Shown here: positions 13,701 through 28,700 of the stretch, piece after piece | How positions within the stretch are numbered: position 1 is the first letter of the stretch | How the letters are laid out: every line of letters begins with the position of its first letter | Assembly (NCBI RefSeq): GCF_030144855.1 | Contig: NC_082715.1 | Location: forward strand, 102,362,001 to 102,426,000 | DNA from: Hypanus sabinus | Lineage: Eukaryota | Length of the DNA stretch: 64,000 nucleotides | Reading direction: 5' to 3' | Made by a program: the position numbers and the translations under genes | The notes under the pieces: model-generated | What the model saw: the letters and a program-made list of their open reading frames with translations, nothing else | Databases searched by the model: none | Told to the model about the DNA's origin: nothing

Positions 13701-16700
13701 ATTATTCTCATACTCTAAATACTTGCTGTACCTGTGTCCCAACTTCATGCACCTAGACTTAAGATCCCTTTATACCACTGTGCTTAGTCTTTCTTTTTTG
13801 ATAATAATATGCTTGCATATTCTATCTTTAATCCTTTCACATTTTTAAAATAATATTTTGCTGGTTTCTTAAAATTTCCAAATACTCTGACCTATCACTA
13901 ATCTTCACAATATTGTGTCTCTTTTCCCTCAATCTGATACCGCCCTTAATTTTCTTGACATATATGAGTGCCAGAGTAAATATTCAGCTTGTAGTATAGG
14001 AATAGAGGAACAATAAAGTTGTTGAAATTATTTTGAGAAATTTATTACTTTATGTCTCCCTGACCATCTGGGTATAAAGGTACACAGGATATGCAATTAA
14101 TATCATGAGCATTTAGTAAGTATTTGTTAGCCAACTTCTACATAAACAAATTTATTTATTTATATTAGGAGCCACCCAATTAGTCTACTCCCTTACTACC
14201 CCCCCCCACCCCAACTGTTCTTCAATTTCCTCCCTTTTCAAGTTATCATCCAATTTCATTCTGAAAGTTATGGCTGACCCAACTTCAACCATCTTTTTGA
14301 GCATTATATTCCAGATCATTGCATAACAGTCCAGATTTTGCTGCAGTTATAATGGCATGGTGTTGGTTGGCACTCAGCTTTACTATGAGGTACAAATGAC
14401 CATAGTTTATTGACTCCATATTCAAGTCTTGTATAGAAATCCTGACTTTGCTAATAAAAAAAATCTGTCTCTGCAAATATTGCATTGATGCAATCCTTGA
14501 AATCAAAAACGTGGTATAATTCTCACTTTAAGGACTGATGAAAAATTTTTAAAATGTAGATTTGGAATTTATATATTTTTTTCAAACGTGTGGCAAAGTA
14601 AATATGTTTGCTCATCAAGTTCCCTGGCCTGGAAAATTTTAATTTTGCTCATAGGGTGTTACTACCCTTACAAAATTAATAGTTCTCCTTCGGTGTTATG
14701 TGTACATGGTAGATGAATGAATATCTCTGTTGGCAAACTTGTTAAAAGTTCCATGGGCAATTTTATGGATACCGGAGAGTGGAAAGCCACTGACACACTG
14801 CTCATAACAAATTCCCGATAGTGCCATAAATAAACAAATCTATGGAGATGTTAAAATTAAATACCTACCCCTTAATATGAAAAATGGGTGCTGGCCCCAA
14901 AAACAGAAAGCTCAATGCAATCATCCAACTTCCAAATAACACCAGCCCTGTTCTAATTCTCTGGAGTTGGGGAAAGGAGGAAAATACAAAAAAGACAAAA
15001 TGAGAACCCTCAATTCCTTTTATGAATTCTAGACTACGTCATTAGAATTTCAAGATACAAGGATCTCCATACCATACCAATGTGCGACACGTGCATGCTT
15101 GGTGATAGGATGTAATGTTCCCGCTTCAAAGTCAATTAGTAGTAGGATTCAATCCTTTCATTTCAGTCTAATTTGTGTTGTCAAATCAACATAGCCTGTG
15201 TGAATGATCTGTGCAATCAAAGATGTAACTATCCTACTGGAGGTCAATAGGTTAAAAGGGACCAAAAGAAATCATGCGGGTCAACTAGAAGGGAAAACCT
15301 ATTAGGAAACAATCCTAAAGTCTACACCAAAATAACAAGTCAAAGAGAAATTGTTTATGGTTATTTTCTTCTTATGTTTAGAGTTTGAGATCAGGTGATT
15401 GCTAAATATCACAAACAGGTGAAGATATTTTATTAAACAATAGATACCTTATAAATTTTCACACAGTATGGAGGCACCAAGCGATACTTAAGAGTTAAGC
15501 CTTTATTTTATTTTGACAAAATGCATACCTTATCAGTCTTCACAATTATACATATTGAGAATGTATTAGATGGCAGTAGGCCATTTAACAGAAAATGATT
15601 ATAAAAAAATTAGCATATTTCTTTTCAAACTGATTTAGTGTAGCATATTTTTGAGGTATTTGCATTATAATTTCATTGTTTCAGGTTTGACTTTTTGCTG
15701 TAATTTTTCATTGCTTCACAAGGGGTTTCAGCAGCCTAATTCATTCCATCCCACTCATTAGCAATAGTCACAACCCAGCTAATATATTTCATTTCCAGTC
15801 TCAACAAAGACCTGCATTGAGCATAAATTTTCTGTTATGTATGATACAGAGGTAACTATACAATACTTATAAAGTACTTGGTTAGCTAAATAACACTGCT
15901 TCACATTCCTAGTCATGAAAAGTGCTGTCTTTCCATTAGAAACTAACCCCAAGATTACCAGTTGTACTGAGACAACAAAACTGTACATCTTCTTGCTTAC
16001 AATGTTGACACTAACCTAGATGCTAATGGTTTACACGTTACTTACCTGTAGTATTTATTTGTCGGAATCTTAAAATACTTGCAGGAAACTTAGCTGAGTT
16101 CTTACTCACCTGTGTATATTTACTTGTGTGAATGGAGCAGTGCAGTGAATATACCTTATTTTGTTGTTTTAATTTCACTCCTTATTCACTATGTCATGCC
16201 TTTGTGACTGCAATAAAACCAAAGAGCTAGGAGGCTATACCCTGACTCATGTCATTTTTGAATAGAATTTGGCTGACCCTCTAGTTAATGTTAGAAGGGC
16301 AGTACAGAAGTTATGACTTCTTTAAAATTTCTGTAACAAGCATCTTAGACTTCTTGAATGCCATAAAAAAAATCAAATGAATAAAAGGAATTTATTACGG
16401 TAAACATAGAGTCCGTATAAAATTCTTCCAACGTAAAATATATCAAAGCCAGTGTGCATACTTACAGGTAGTTTATCAGACAGAAATCCAATAAATGGGG
16501 AGGATACTGCATAAGTCACAGCATGCCCCAGGAATACCAGTCCCACAGATCCAGTATTTAATTTGAACTGGAGAACATAAAAGCATGTTTTACAGTCAGA
16601 GCTGCACAAATCAGATGCAGTGCTAAATCAATTTCTAAAATGCAACTAGTTAAACAAGCCACATTGGAATGACCTATAAACTGTGCCACTTATGAAACGG

Positions 16701-19700
16701 AAAAGAAGTAATTTATCCAGGATATCTGTTCTACTTCATACTTATATCAGAAAAGTAAAAGGCAATTGTCCTTGACTTGAAATGAGGAATTCTGATTGAT
16801 TCAGAAAATCAAACAATTTCACCTGGTGTGTAGTTTATGCAAGCATACATACTACTACACTGCAGCAGAAAATGTTTGAGATTGCTCATGCTAAAACCTA
16901 CAGACAGTAAACCTCTGAGAGTTCAAACAAAACATGGAATCTGAGAGTTGAACAACACAGAAGCAGGCAGTTTGACTCTCCATATTCATGCCAGCCTTTT
17001 TACCCAGCTGCAATGGCCATTTGCTCCCATTTTATCCCACTTGCTCACTTTAAGCCCATAGCTCTCTATGTTATCACCTCTTCCGTTTGTGAATTCCAAT
17101 TATCAACCACAGTGCTCAAAACATACTTCAGAATCAAGTTTATTATCAATCTCTTATATGATGTGAAATTTGTTGTTTTGTACAATACACAGTACAGCAC
17201 AACCATATAATACACAGACCTAAAGTTATAAAGTACTGTAAATAGTACAAAATAAAGGAATAATGAGTTAGCATTCAGGACTGTTCATAAATCTGATAGC
17301 AGAGGGGAAGAGCCAAACTGCCTGTTTCTGAACTGTTAAATGTGGGTCTTCAGCCTCCTGTACCTCCTCCTTGATGGTAGCAATGAGAAGCGGCCATGAC
17401 CCTTCTTGAGGCATTGCTTCTTGAAGATGTCCTCAAAGGTAGGAAAGGTTGTGCCCGTGAAGGAGTCTACAACCATCTGCAGCCTCTTGTGTTGCTGTGC
17501 ACTGGAGCCTCCATACCAAGCTATGGTTGAACCAGTCAGAATTCTTCCTACCATACACCTATAGAAATCTGCAAGAATTTTTGGTGACAGACTAAATCCC
17601 TGTAACCTCCAAACACAGTAGAGCTGCTGCAGCGCCTTATTTGTGACTGTGTGGCCTTCGAGCACCCCCCCACCCAATCCTCTTGAAAACTCCTTTCCTC
17701 ACAACTTAAACCCATACCTTTATGTTTTTGATACCAGCATCATGGGAAAAAGATTCCGACTAGCTGTCCTGCCTGTGCCTCTTATAATTTTATATATGTC
17801 TATCAGGTCATCCATCAGCCTCCTTCACTCCAGGATAAACAAATGCGGCCTATCAGACCTCTCCCAAAACTAGAGCCTTCCAACTTACGCAGTGTTCTGG
17901 CGCCTCCACTGCCGCAGCCCACAGCCCATTCCATGTACTCACCACTCTGCGTAAAAAATTTACCCGACATCCCCCTGTACGTACTTCCAAGCACCTTAAA
18001 ACTATGCCCTCTTGCGCTAGCCATTTCAGTCCTGAGAAAAAGCCTCTGACTAACCACACAATCAATGCCTCTCATTACCTTGTACACCTCTATCAGATCA
18101 CCTCTCATCCTCTGTCACTCCAAGGAAAAAAGGCCAAGTTCACTCAGCCTATTCTCATAAGGCGTGCTCTCCAATCCAGGCAATATCATGTAAATCTCTT
18201 CTGCACCCATTACCTCTCGGCTCTTAAACTCAATCTCACAGTTGATGAAAGCCAATGCACCATGTGCCTTCTTAACCAGAGTCAACCTGCGTAGCAGCTT
18301 TGAGTGTACTATGGACTCGGACCCCAAGATCCCTCTGATCCTCCACACTGCCAACAGTCTTACCATTAATACTATATTCTGCCATCATATTTGACCTACC
18401 AAAATGAACCACCTCACACTTATCTGGGTAGAACTCCATCTGCCACTTCTCAGCCCAGTTTTGCATCCTATCAATGTCCCACTGTAAACTCTGACAGTCC
18501 TCCACACTATACACAACACTCCCAACCTTTGTGTCATCAGCAAATTTACTAACCCATCCCTGCACTTCCTCATTCAAGTCATTTATAAAAATCACTAAGA
18601 GTAGGAGTCCCAGAACAGATCCCCGAGGCACACCACTGGTCACTGATCTCCATGCAGAATACGACCCATCTACAACCACTCTTTGCGTTCTGTGGGCAAG
18701 CCAGTTCTGGATCCACTAAGCAAGGTCCCCTTGGATCCCATGCCTCCTTACTTTCTCAATAAGCCTTGCAAAGGGTTACCTTATCAAATGCCTAAAAACA
18801 TTTCAGTATTTTTTCTTTCCCCAATCCATAATGTGAAAAACAGGAATGTGCAGATGTTATGAAAAAAAAAGCTTTTTTTGTGGGCAATCTCGGCAGCACA
18901 GTCATTCAGATTGCTGTTACCCTTTGAGAGGGAAAACACTTCCTTGTTCCACTTTTCAGTAGCCTTGCTCTAAATTTAATACATTGCTCCCTTGTTCTGG
19001 AGGAACATTCTTGAAGACATGATTTGTTTTTAAACAGGCAAATCATTCTTGCTTTTTCAAAAACTGAATTAATGCACTTCTCAATTCTTGGAACTTGAAA
19101 ATAAATGGAAGGTACACAACACACAGGAATTCTTAAAAAAAAAGTACCTTATCGATAACAAATAGTGATATGGTGGGATCCAGGAATCCAATACAAGAAC
19201 TTATGGAAAACATAATCATGTACATAAATGTTATTTTAGGGATCAAAATGAGCTTCCATAAACTGGAATTACTGGCAACTCCATCTGAAAATAAAGAACA
19301 TTAGTTACAACATATGAAAAACAGCAGTTAAAACATTAGATAATGTCTTTTCTTGCAAGTGGAATAGCCACTGTTACATTCATACTATATATCCCAATAC
19401 AGGTATTCCCCACTTCACGCCACTTTGTTTTTAGTACCCGTACTGCTAACCGATAGAAATCCACAGAGGATTTTTGCTTTTACGTAGCTTTAGGGAGGTT
19501 TGCAGGATGTTCTGAGTGCTTACACAGAACTGTATGATAGAAAAATGCGTGAACTTTTCAGTGTGTTCACTGTCTTCCTGATTCTGGTAGGTGAAACTAC
19601 ACTGTGCATACATTATTTCTACTTTATATAGGCTGCATATTTATCATATCATTCCTGCTTTCACTCTTTGTTTGTGTTATTTTAGGTTTTATATGTTATT

Positions 19701-22700
19701 TGGTATGATTTGGTTGGTTATTTTTTGGGTCCAGGAACGCTGAAAAAATTTTCCCATATAAATTAATAGTAATTGCTTCTTCGCTTTACTCCATCTCGGC
19801 TTACGAAAGGTTAATAGGAACATTCTACTTTCAGGTAGCGGGGGAAACCTGTAATAGCGTTTGTACTCCAAAAAAATCAAAAATGTCATCTTGGCAATAA
19901 GCAATTTGTTTTTCAAATTTCTGCCCCAGTTAACATTGTAATCATTAATTATCTATAACTGCCCATGTCTTTCAATGGTAACCATAAAACAAATACACTT
20001 TCCTTTCATTTCCCAAATCTTTAAATATTATTCTATCTTACTTCAGACACAGCTTGATCATCAATTGCAAGCTTATGCCATACAATGTTAATAATTTTAC
20101 GATTTGAATACTTTTCTTTTTTCTCCCCTCTCCCCTTAACCTCTCCCTCCTAACATATCCCTGTAAAAAGAGGGAAAAAAAGAGAGAAAAGAAAGAAAGA
20201 AAGAAAGAATGCCTGGATATCGGAAGATCCCCACATGCTCCATGGAGTTCGTAATAGCTTTAGTATATTTATTTATTTATTTCCCCAACTAACCAATAAC
20301 TTTATCTTTGGAGCACCTATATATTTAATCCTATCTTTTGTAAATAAGGGCGCCAAATTTTCAGAAACATTTCGTATTTATCTCTTAAATTATAAGTAAT
20401 TTTTTTCAAATGGAATGCAGCTAAAAGCTATATCTATTTTCATTTTCTTAATGTATGTTAAAATTCTTTTTCTTTTCACTGGTCCATTAAGCCCATTAAC
20501 ATTAAAACTTAAAAAATTCAGTAAATTAGTCATTATTTTTAACAGGGATACTCCAGTCTATAGTAATACCTAACTTTTCAACTTTTGTAGTACCTTGGGG
20601 AATCTTTTTAAAATTCTCCGTGTTGCTATGTGTCTCCCCCACCCCCCCCCACCCCCGATTGTCCAGGCAAAGAAAGAAAGATTAAAGAAAAATAGATTAT
20701 AAAGAAAAAAAAAACAAAATACCCCCCTACTAATGTTGTGAATAAAGAAAAACACACAACATTACCCCCGTCCGTTGTGCGGGTCATGGCAATCGCCATG
20801 ATTACACACGTGAATCCCGTAGCAATCAATCCAAAGTTCCCCCAGCTCCCCCGTAACATAAAAAATTATATGTAAGAGAAGAAAAAAATAATATCACTAC
20901 TCTCGATTAATATTTCTCAAGTTTTTACCTTTCTCCCCTGTATCATATAATTAAAAATATATTTAAATATTCTTCTGTCCTTAAGCATTCATCAACTCCA
21001 TTCACTGTCCCTGTCTTCATCTTTAATCCGTTTCACTTAAAACTTCTTTCGCTGGGTTGAATTCCTTCTTTCTCTTCAAAAGGTCATAACTTATATCAGG
21101 ATAGAAAAGAACTGTTTTCCCTTCTATCATCAATGGTCCGTTTCTCTTTCTGGCACGTTGGGCAGCCGCCTTCAGGATCTTTTCTTTATCTTGATATCTT
21201 AAACATTTTATCAAGATTGATCGTGGGTTTTGATCAACTTGAGGTCTTGATCTTAAGGCTCTGTGAGCCCTTTCAATTTCAATTAACTGGGTTCCTTCTT
21301 CCTTTTCCAAAATTTCCGGATTCCATTTTTGAAAAAAATTTATTGGATCCTCTCCCTCTATACCTTCTTTTAAGTCCAACAATCTTAATATTATTTTGTG
21401 TTAAAATTTTCAAGTACATCCACTTTTTCCAACAATTGTTTTCTTTCTGATGTCCAGGCAGAAATATTATCTTCCATTTTATTCACTCTATCAATGGTGT
21501 CTCCCGTTATTTCTTCCAAGTTTTTAATTTTCTTGTCCATTTTGTCTTGTCTTTTCATCATTTTATCAAACATAATCTTAATATTTTTAATATCTTTTAA
21601 TACTTTTAATTCATGCATTATTTGCAGCAAAGATTTTTTTATGTCTCCAATATCACCTCCAACCTCTTCCTGTTGCTCTTCTTTGTTTGTCTCTTCATCT
21701 GATTTATCCAGAGAATCTGATTCCACCTCATACTCGCTTTCACTTTCAGTTCCGATCATAGCTGGGATTTGTAGTTTGGGTTGCTCATGTTTGCGCATGC
21801 CCCTTGCTTCACGCATGCGCAATTCCTGGTGCTCTTTTTTTTTTGGAAATGGTTGATGTTGCCACAGGTTCCTGTTCTGTATCGCTGGAGGTTAAATGCA
21901 CTTGAGCCCAAGGCTCTTTCATGGCTGCCGGCCTTGATTCTTTTCCAACTTGTGTTGTCTTCATAGTAGTAGTTTTCTTCTGCTTCTGTTTTGGAGACAT
22001 ATCTTAAGACAATCCTCAGTAGTTTACAAGTAATTTTAAAAAAGTATTTACTAACTTTTCCTCACTTAAACATTATTTTATTGGTTCTTTTTACGGGAGA
22101 GCTGGATTTCCTCGTCTCGATCCTACGTCATCACGTGACGTCCCCCCACCATTTGAATACTGATAACCAGTAGATCTCACCATGCAGCAACCAAGTATTT
22201 GTTTACCTTTTTCAACATTTTTTACCTCTAACCCATTTCCTTGCATTTCTGAAATGCTTATAGCAGTTTGAAGTCGCACCTATTATCTGCTGACCATAAA
22301 AAACAGACAATGCAAGGGCTCCTGGGTTTCAAATGATCCAACTTTATGCAAATTCTCCCAAACGTTTAAAAAACAATTTTCAAGACGGAGATGATGATAA
22401 TAATAATAATAATAATAATAATGGTTTTATGGTGCTCATTAATGATGGGATACAATCTATATGCTGTTTAATTATGGACAGTGTTAGCATGTTTATTCAA
22501 TGAAATGAGAACTATAGCACATGTATGTACAACAATACAATACAGGTAACTCTGGAAAATGGATGTTTCTGACTTAAGAAAATTTTGGATTAGACAGTTC
22601 TTAGGAATAGAACCCTTACATAACCTGGGGATTGCCTGTAGTTCATTATGCAATTCCAATAGACTAGTTCTATTTTTCTCCATTTGATTTACTGATATAC

Positions 22701-25700
22701 TGATAGTGATTTTATTTTTGTTCCTTCAACTCTCTTTTACTCCCTTAAGGGAGTCATGCAGCAGCTGGGTTGTAAGTCTGGGCATCCAGCAATTCAACCA
22801 ACTATTTAGCAATGGAGGTATACTCCAGGGAAATTTTACATCTCTATGTCAGATATGAAGAGAACAAGGATCACTGGAAATTAATCAATGCAGAAACTCA
22901 GATTAATATGATGGCCCCAGTTTACATTAAATTCCTCAGAATAGTTGTGAACTGAATCCATTCAGCTGCTGATCACCTTAATCAGTAACTCTACAATTAA
23001 CTGGATTAATGGATTTACTGGCTTAAAATGGTTAAGTAAAATGCTTTTTAATTTGCAAGTAATTTTCAAACTATACAGTTAATAACAGTAAGCTAGAAAA
23101 GATTAAAATGCAGAACCTTACCACATCTTGATAAAATGCACATGTTCAAAGGTACCATTAATAGAAGCACACATCCCAGCATAATGAAAGGCATTTGATA
23201 TCCAAATAATTGATATAAATAGCCTCCGATTGGTGGACCCAGTGATAGGCCAAGTCCAGTGAATATTTCCAGAGATCCCTAAGAAAAACACAGTTTGGAG
23301 TTTGTGTTACTGCATCTTCTATTTCTGGAAATACAGACATCATGAGAAGCAACGTCAGAACAGGCAAATAGTTCATTCTCAGAGCCAACCTGCAGAGAGG
23401 AAGTGGAAGAGCTCGTGGCCTGATGCCACGAAAGTAACCTCCTCCTTAATGCCAACAAGACAAAGGAGATGATTATCGACCAGAAGGTCACGCCACCCTT
23501 TACATCGGCCACTCAGCACTGGAAACTGCAACGCACACAGAATTTTGGAGGAACTCAGCAGGCCAGGCAGCACATAGGAAAGGGGTACAGTCGACATTTC
23601 GGGCTGAAACATCGACTGTTTTCTCTTTCCCTAGATACTGCATGCTGTGCTGAGTTCCTCCAGCATTTTGTGTGTGTTGCTTGGATTTCTAGCATCTGCA
23701 GATTTTTCTCTTGTTTGTGAGTGGAAACTGCAACCAGTTTTCAAACTCCTGGGAGTGCACATCTTCTCACAGTCCCAGAGCACTTCCTTCATAATTAGGA
23801 AAGCTCACCAATGCCTCCACTTTCTCAGTCTGAAGAGAGCTGGACTATGCACATCCATATTCACACCCTTCAACAGATGTGCAGTAGAGAGCATCCTAAT
23901 ATACTGTATCACTGCATGGTACGGAAACTGGATTGCAATGGACAGAAATGCTTTACAATGGGCAATCAAAACTGCCCAATGCATCACCGGCACCAACCTA
24001 CCTGCCATCAAGGATATCTATGCAGAAAGATGCTGGAAAAAGGCCACCCACCCAGCTCATAGACCGTTTATCCCAATCCCATCGGGGAGAATACCAGGAT
24101 CACCATACTCAGAAACAGTTACTTTCCCCAGGCAGCAAGGCTGATCAACAACTCCCAAGTGTCGAAGTTTAAAGTAAATTTATTATCAAAGTACACACAT
24201 GTCACCAAATACAACCCTGAGATTCATTTTTGTGATTATTTAGAAAAAACCGGTCAGCTTGTGGTGGAGTGGCACCAGCACCAACTTCGATGCAGAAGGT
24301 CCTGAGTTTGAATCTATCCGGGTCCCAACCTGGGCAGGAGCAATATCTGCCCAGAAGAAAGGCCTGGCAATCTACCTCTGTACCTTGCCACGAAAACCCT
24401 CCGGACGACTACGGAGTTGCTATGAGTCGATGGCACAGAATAACAAGAAACATAATAGAATCAGTGAAAGACCGCAGCCAGCAGGATGGACAAACAGGCA
24501 ATGTACAAAAGACAACAAACTGTGAAAATTCAAAACGAAAAGAAAATAAATAATAATAATAATAATAAATAAGCAGTAAATATCTAGAACACGAGGTGAA
24601 GAATCCTTGAAAGTGAGTCGATAGGTTGTGGAAACAGCTCAGTGATAGGTGAGTGAAGTTATCCCCTTTGGTTCAAGTGCCTCATGGTTGAGGGGTAATA
24701 ATTGTACCTGAACCTGGTGGTTTGGGTCCTGATGTTCCTCTACCTTCTTCCTGATGGGAACAGCGAGAAAAAAGCATGGGGTGCCTAATGAGAGATGCTG
24801 CTTTTCTGCGATGGCACTGTGTACAGGTGTGCTCAGTGGTAGGGTGGGCTTTACTTGTGATGAACTGTCCATTTCTTTTTGTCAACTTTTCCATTCAATT
24901 CCATTAGTGTTTCCATACCAGGCTGTAATGTAACTAGTCAATATACCCTCCACCATACATCTACGGAAGTTTGTGAAAGTTTTAGATGACATGCCGAATC
25001 TTCGCATGTGGTGATTTCTTTGTAATGGCACCTACGTGCTGGCCCAGGACAGATCCTCTGAATTAACACTGAGGTATTTAAAGTTGCTGACTTTCTCCAT
25101 CTCTGATCCTCCAATGAGGACTGGCTCATGGATCTCCAGCATCTCCCTCCTGAACTCAATGATCAGCTCCTTGGTCTTGCCGACATTAGGTAAGAGGCTG
25201 TTGTGGCACCACTCAGCCAGATTTTAAATCTTCCTCCTATATGCTGATTCGTCACAACCTTTGTTTCAGCTACCCACTAATCCACCCACCACTGCTACTT
25301 TATCATTTCCTGTCAGTCACCTTATGTACCTAGTGTCGCTTTATGTATAAATAATCAATCTATGTATCTAAGCTATCTTTTATATATTTATTGTGTTTTT
25401 TTTATTATTGTGTTCTTTATCCTAGTACATGCTGCATCAGATCCAGAGTAACAATTTTGTTCTCCTTTAAACGTGCATACTGTAAATGATATTAAACAAT
25501 CTTGTACAGGTGTGACTCATTCATGGATAATTGAGAACCTGGTTGGTTACATGACTGCCGACTGGTGGTGTAGAAGCTTCAACACAAGAGTTTGAGGCAA
25601 GTGCTCCCGGGTTTGAATCCAGCCGGCTCCTTGCACGCTTTCCCCTCCTGCTGAGTTTAACATCAATCTAGCAACTTGGCCTTGTAAAAAAAAAACCCAC

Positions 25701-28700
25701 ACACGCAAAATGCTAAAGAAGCAGCAGGGTTGGCATCTGATGTGCCACAAGGTATGGACAGGAATAACATTTCCTGTATGATGACTGCAACGAAGTCGTA
25801 CCCTGTGCTGCCCTGACAGCCACTTCTAGGAAATGTGAGCTGAAAAAATACTGTATCATATATTATATCGGAGGAAGGCGGCTCCAATGAACAATGCAAC
25901 CAAGGGAGATATATCTTCAGACAGTTTACAAAACTACTTCTTTTTCGTCTTTGTTTTCTTTCAAATGTGGTTCTGCTACCGTTGGAGCCCGTGATCCACA
26001 TCTTGGCGGTGTGTTTTCGGGCCCATTGAGTGATCTGGTGCTTTGCTGTCTCCAAGGGTGTTTGGTGAGGTTTCAAGGCCAAGAAGCCTGGAGACAGGGC
26101 TTGAGCCCATGATTGACTCCGTTTCTCGCTGATCTCACCGATTAAAGTGCCAAGGATGATTGAAATCACTGAGGCAAATGTGGAAGGCCAGCAGGTTTTC
26201 AGCGCTGTCCACCAGCCTCTTGCTTGCTGCTGCCGGAGGAAGAAGTCTGGTGTGACGGTCTCCCTCTCCCTCTTGCTCGCTGCTCCTGGAGGGAAGTCCC
26301 TGCGTTTGAATGGTCTCTCTCTCCCTCGACGCTGTTGGAGGATGGTACCAGAGTCCTGGAGTCTTTGGCAAACTTTAATTGATGCAATTTGTGGATTTGA
26401 CTCACATTAGGATGCATTTCTCGTCTCTGGTTACTCCTTTTCCTGTTACTCTTTATGTGCTATTTTGATCGGAGTGGCCTGCAGATAACGAGGCTAGATT
26501 GAACTGAACTGAATATGCCTGGACTTCTCTGATGACTCTGTGGGTTGGTGTTTTATATTGTATTTTTTGCTCTCTTTTTTTTTGCCAATTTTGCAATTTG
26601 TTATTTTGCATGTTGGGGGTGGGGGGAGAACCTTGATGCTTTTCTTTGAATATGTTCCATGGTTTTCCTTGTTTCATGACTACCTGTGGGAAGATGAATC
26701 TCAGGGTTGTATACTGCATACGTACCTTGATAATAAATGTACTTTGAAATATAGCGGTATTCAGATTGTAACAGACCTTTGGCCCTCTGAGTCAATGCTG
26801 ACCATCATCCAGCCATTCACACTACCATGCTGATTCTCTTTTTGATTCTCTCCACATGCTTGTCAACTCACAGATTCAGTCTACACTCTGTAGGCAATTT
26901 ATAGTTGCTAATGAGCCTGTGAACTTGATATCTTTGGGTGATGGGAGGAAACCACCGCAGCCACGGGAAGAAAATGCAAAGTCCACAAAGACAGCACCAG
27001 AGGTTGGGGTTGAATCTAGATCACTTAAACTGTAACAGAGCTTGAACTGAACTCTACAGTTCAGTAAAAGTCACTTCCCTTTTGTGGCACAAGACAAAAA
27101 TTAAAGAACAAACTGAAATCTGGAAAACATTTTCATAAACCATTTTGACTCTATATAATTAACATGTGCACAATGTAATAAAACTTTTCTTGACCTGTTA
27201 GCAGTGTATTATTATCATATTAGGATTAGTTTTAAATTTCTTATTACCAAGACTGTAGCAACATTGTTTGGAAAAGTTGCAGCAAGAATAGAGAACGAGG
27301 CAGTGGAACTTGCAGCAAACCCCACTGCATCTGCTGATCTTACGATGAAACACAAAGAGATAAATATGGGTCCATCTGGAGCCAAATTCAGTAAGCTGAA
27401 AAGGGAAATAAAAACTGACATCAACTCCTGGGAAGGATTACTATATATTTTTCATTATTTTCACAGATAGGCTTTGTAAAAATTCAGTGAATTCATTTCA
27501 GTTTTTTATATATGGTCATATAGGTTTACTTCAAATATATCCATCCATTTCTTATGTTACAGCTTCAGGCTGCAAGAATGCTCAACAAATTTCAAACTGC
27601 CATTTAAAACACTCAAAAGAGCCAGCTTCAGGTAACCTTGCCTGTAAACTCATGCCGTTCATGTAATGAATCAAATAGCCAAAATGCATGGTCCCTTTAA
27701 CAAGCAAAATTTAATTTACACAGGTGAAATGAAGAAATCTCTGTGTAACATTTGTGCTGCCAAATGTCAATTAAAACACATGTTTCAGTGAAAGGGAACT
27801 TGAATTGCAACTTAAAGCAAATGTTTTTGGCTTTTTCAGTATCTCATAATGACAGATAATAAATTTAAGAGCACTAAGATAGATTCTGTACGACAGTATC
27901 ATAGAAGTGTACTGAATAATGCAATAAAAACTATTTATAGATATCTGAAGTACAAAGTGCAATCTCAAAGTATATTTATAATCAAATTATGTATCAGATC
28001 CTATCTTGAGATTCATTTTCTTGCAGACATATACAGGAAGGGAAAGAAATACAGTAGATTTCATGATACATAAATCTAGAATGACAAGCGCCAATGTGCA
28101 CAAGACAAATTGTACAAATATTACAAGAAACATTGACAACAGGAATTAAGAGTGCTTCTAAGTGAATTTGTAGGTTGTAGAATCAGTTCAGGGTAGTGGC
28201 GATGAAGCTATTCATGCTGGTTTAGGAAACTGATGATTGAAAGATAATTATGGTTCCTGCTAGCCTACAAAGTACCCAGGATATCTTTAGGGAGCAGTGT
28301 CTCCAAAAGGCAGCGTCCATTATTAAGGACCACCAGCACCCAGAGCATGCCCTTTTCTCACTGTTACCATCAAGTAGGGGGTACAGAAGCCTGAAGGCAC
28401 ACACTCAGTGATTCAGGAGCAGCTTCTTCCCCCCTGCCATTCGATTCCTGAATGGACTTTGAAGCTTTGGACACTACCTCACTTTTTTTAATATACAGCA
28501 TTTTAGTTTTTGTACATTTTTTAATAATCTATTCAATATACATAATTGATTTACTTGTTTATTATTATGTTTTATTTTATTTATTATTATTATTACTTTT
28601 TCTTTCTCTGCTAGATTACGTATTGCATTGAACTGCTGCTGCTAAGATAACAAATTTCATGTCACGTGCCAGTGAAATAAACCTGATTCTGATTCTGAAC

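Noticed and set aside
24250-24330. tRNA-like A/B boxes (also about 25560-25630 and 12030-12095)
   Set aside because: Degenerate SINE heads without a complete cloverleaf; not tRNA genes.
25663-26417. 168-aa and neighbouring ORFs
   Set aside because: Composite of SINE and repeat-derived sequence in an SLC18B1 intron, with no splice or homology support.
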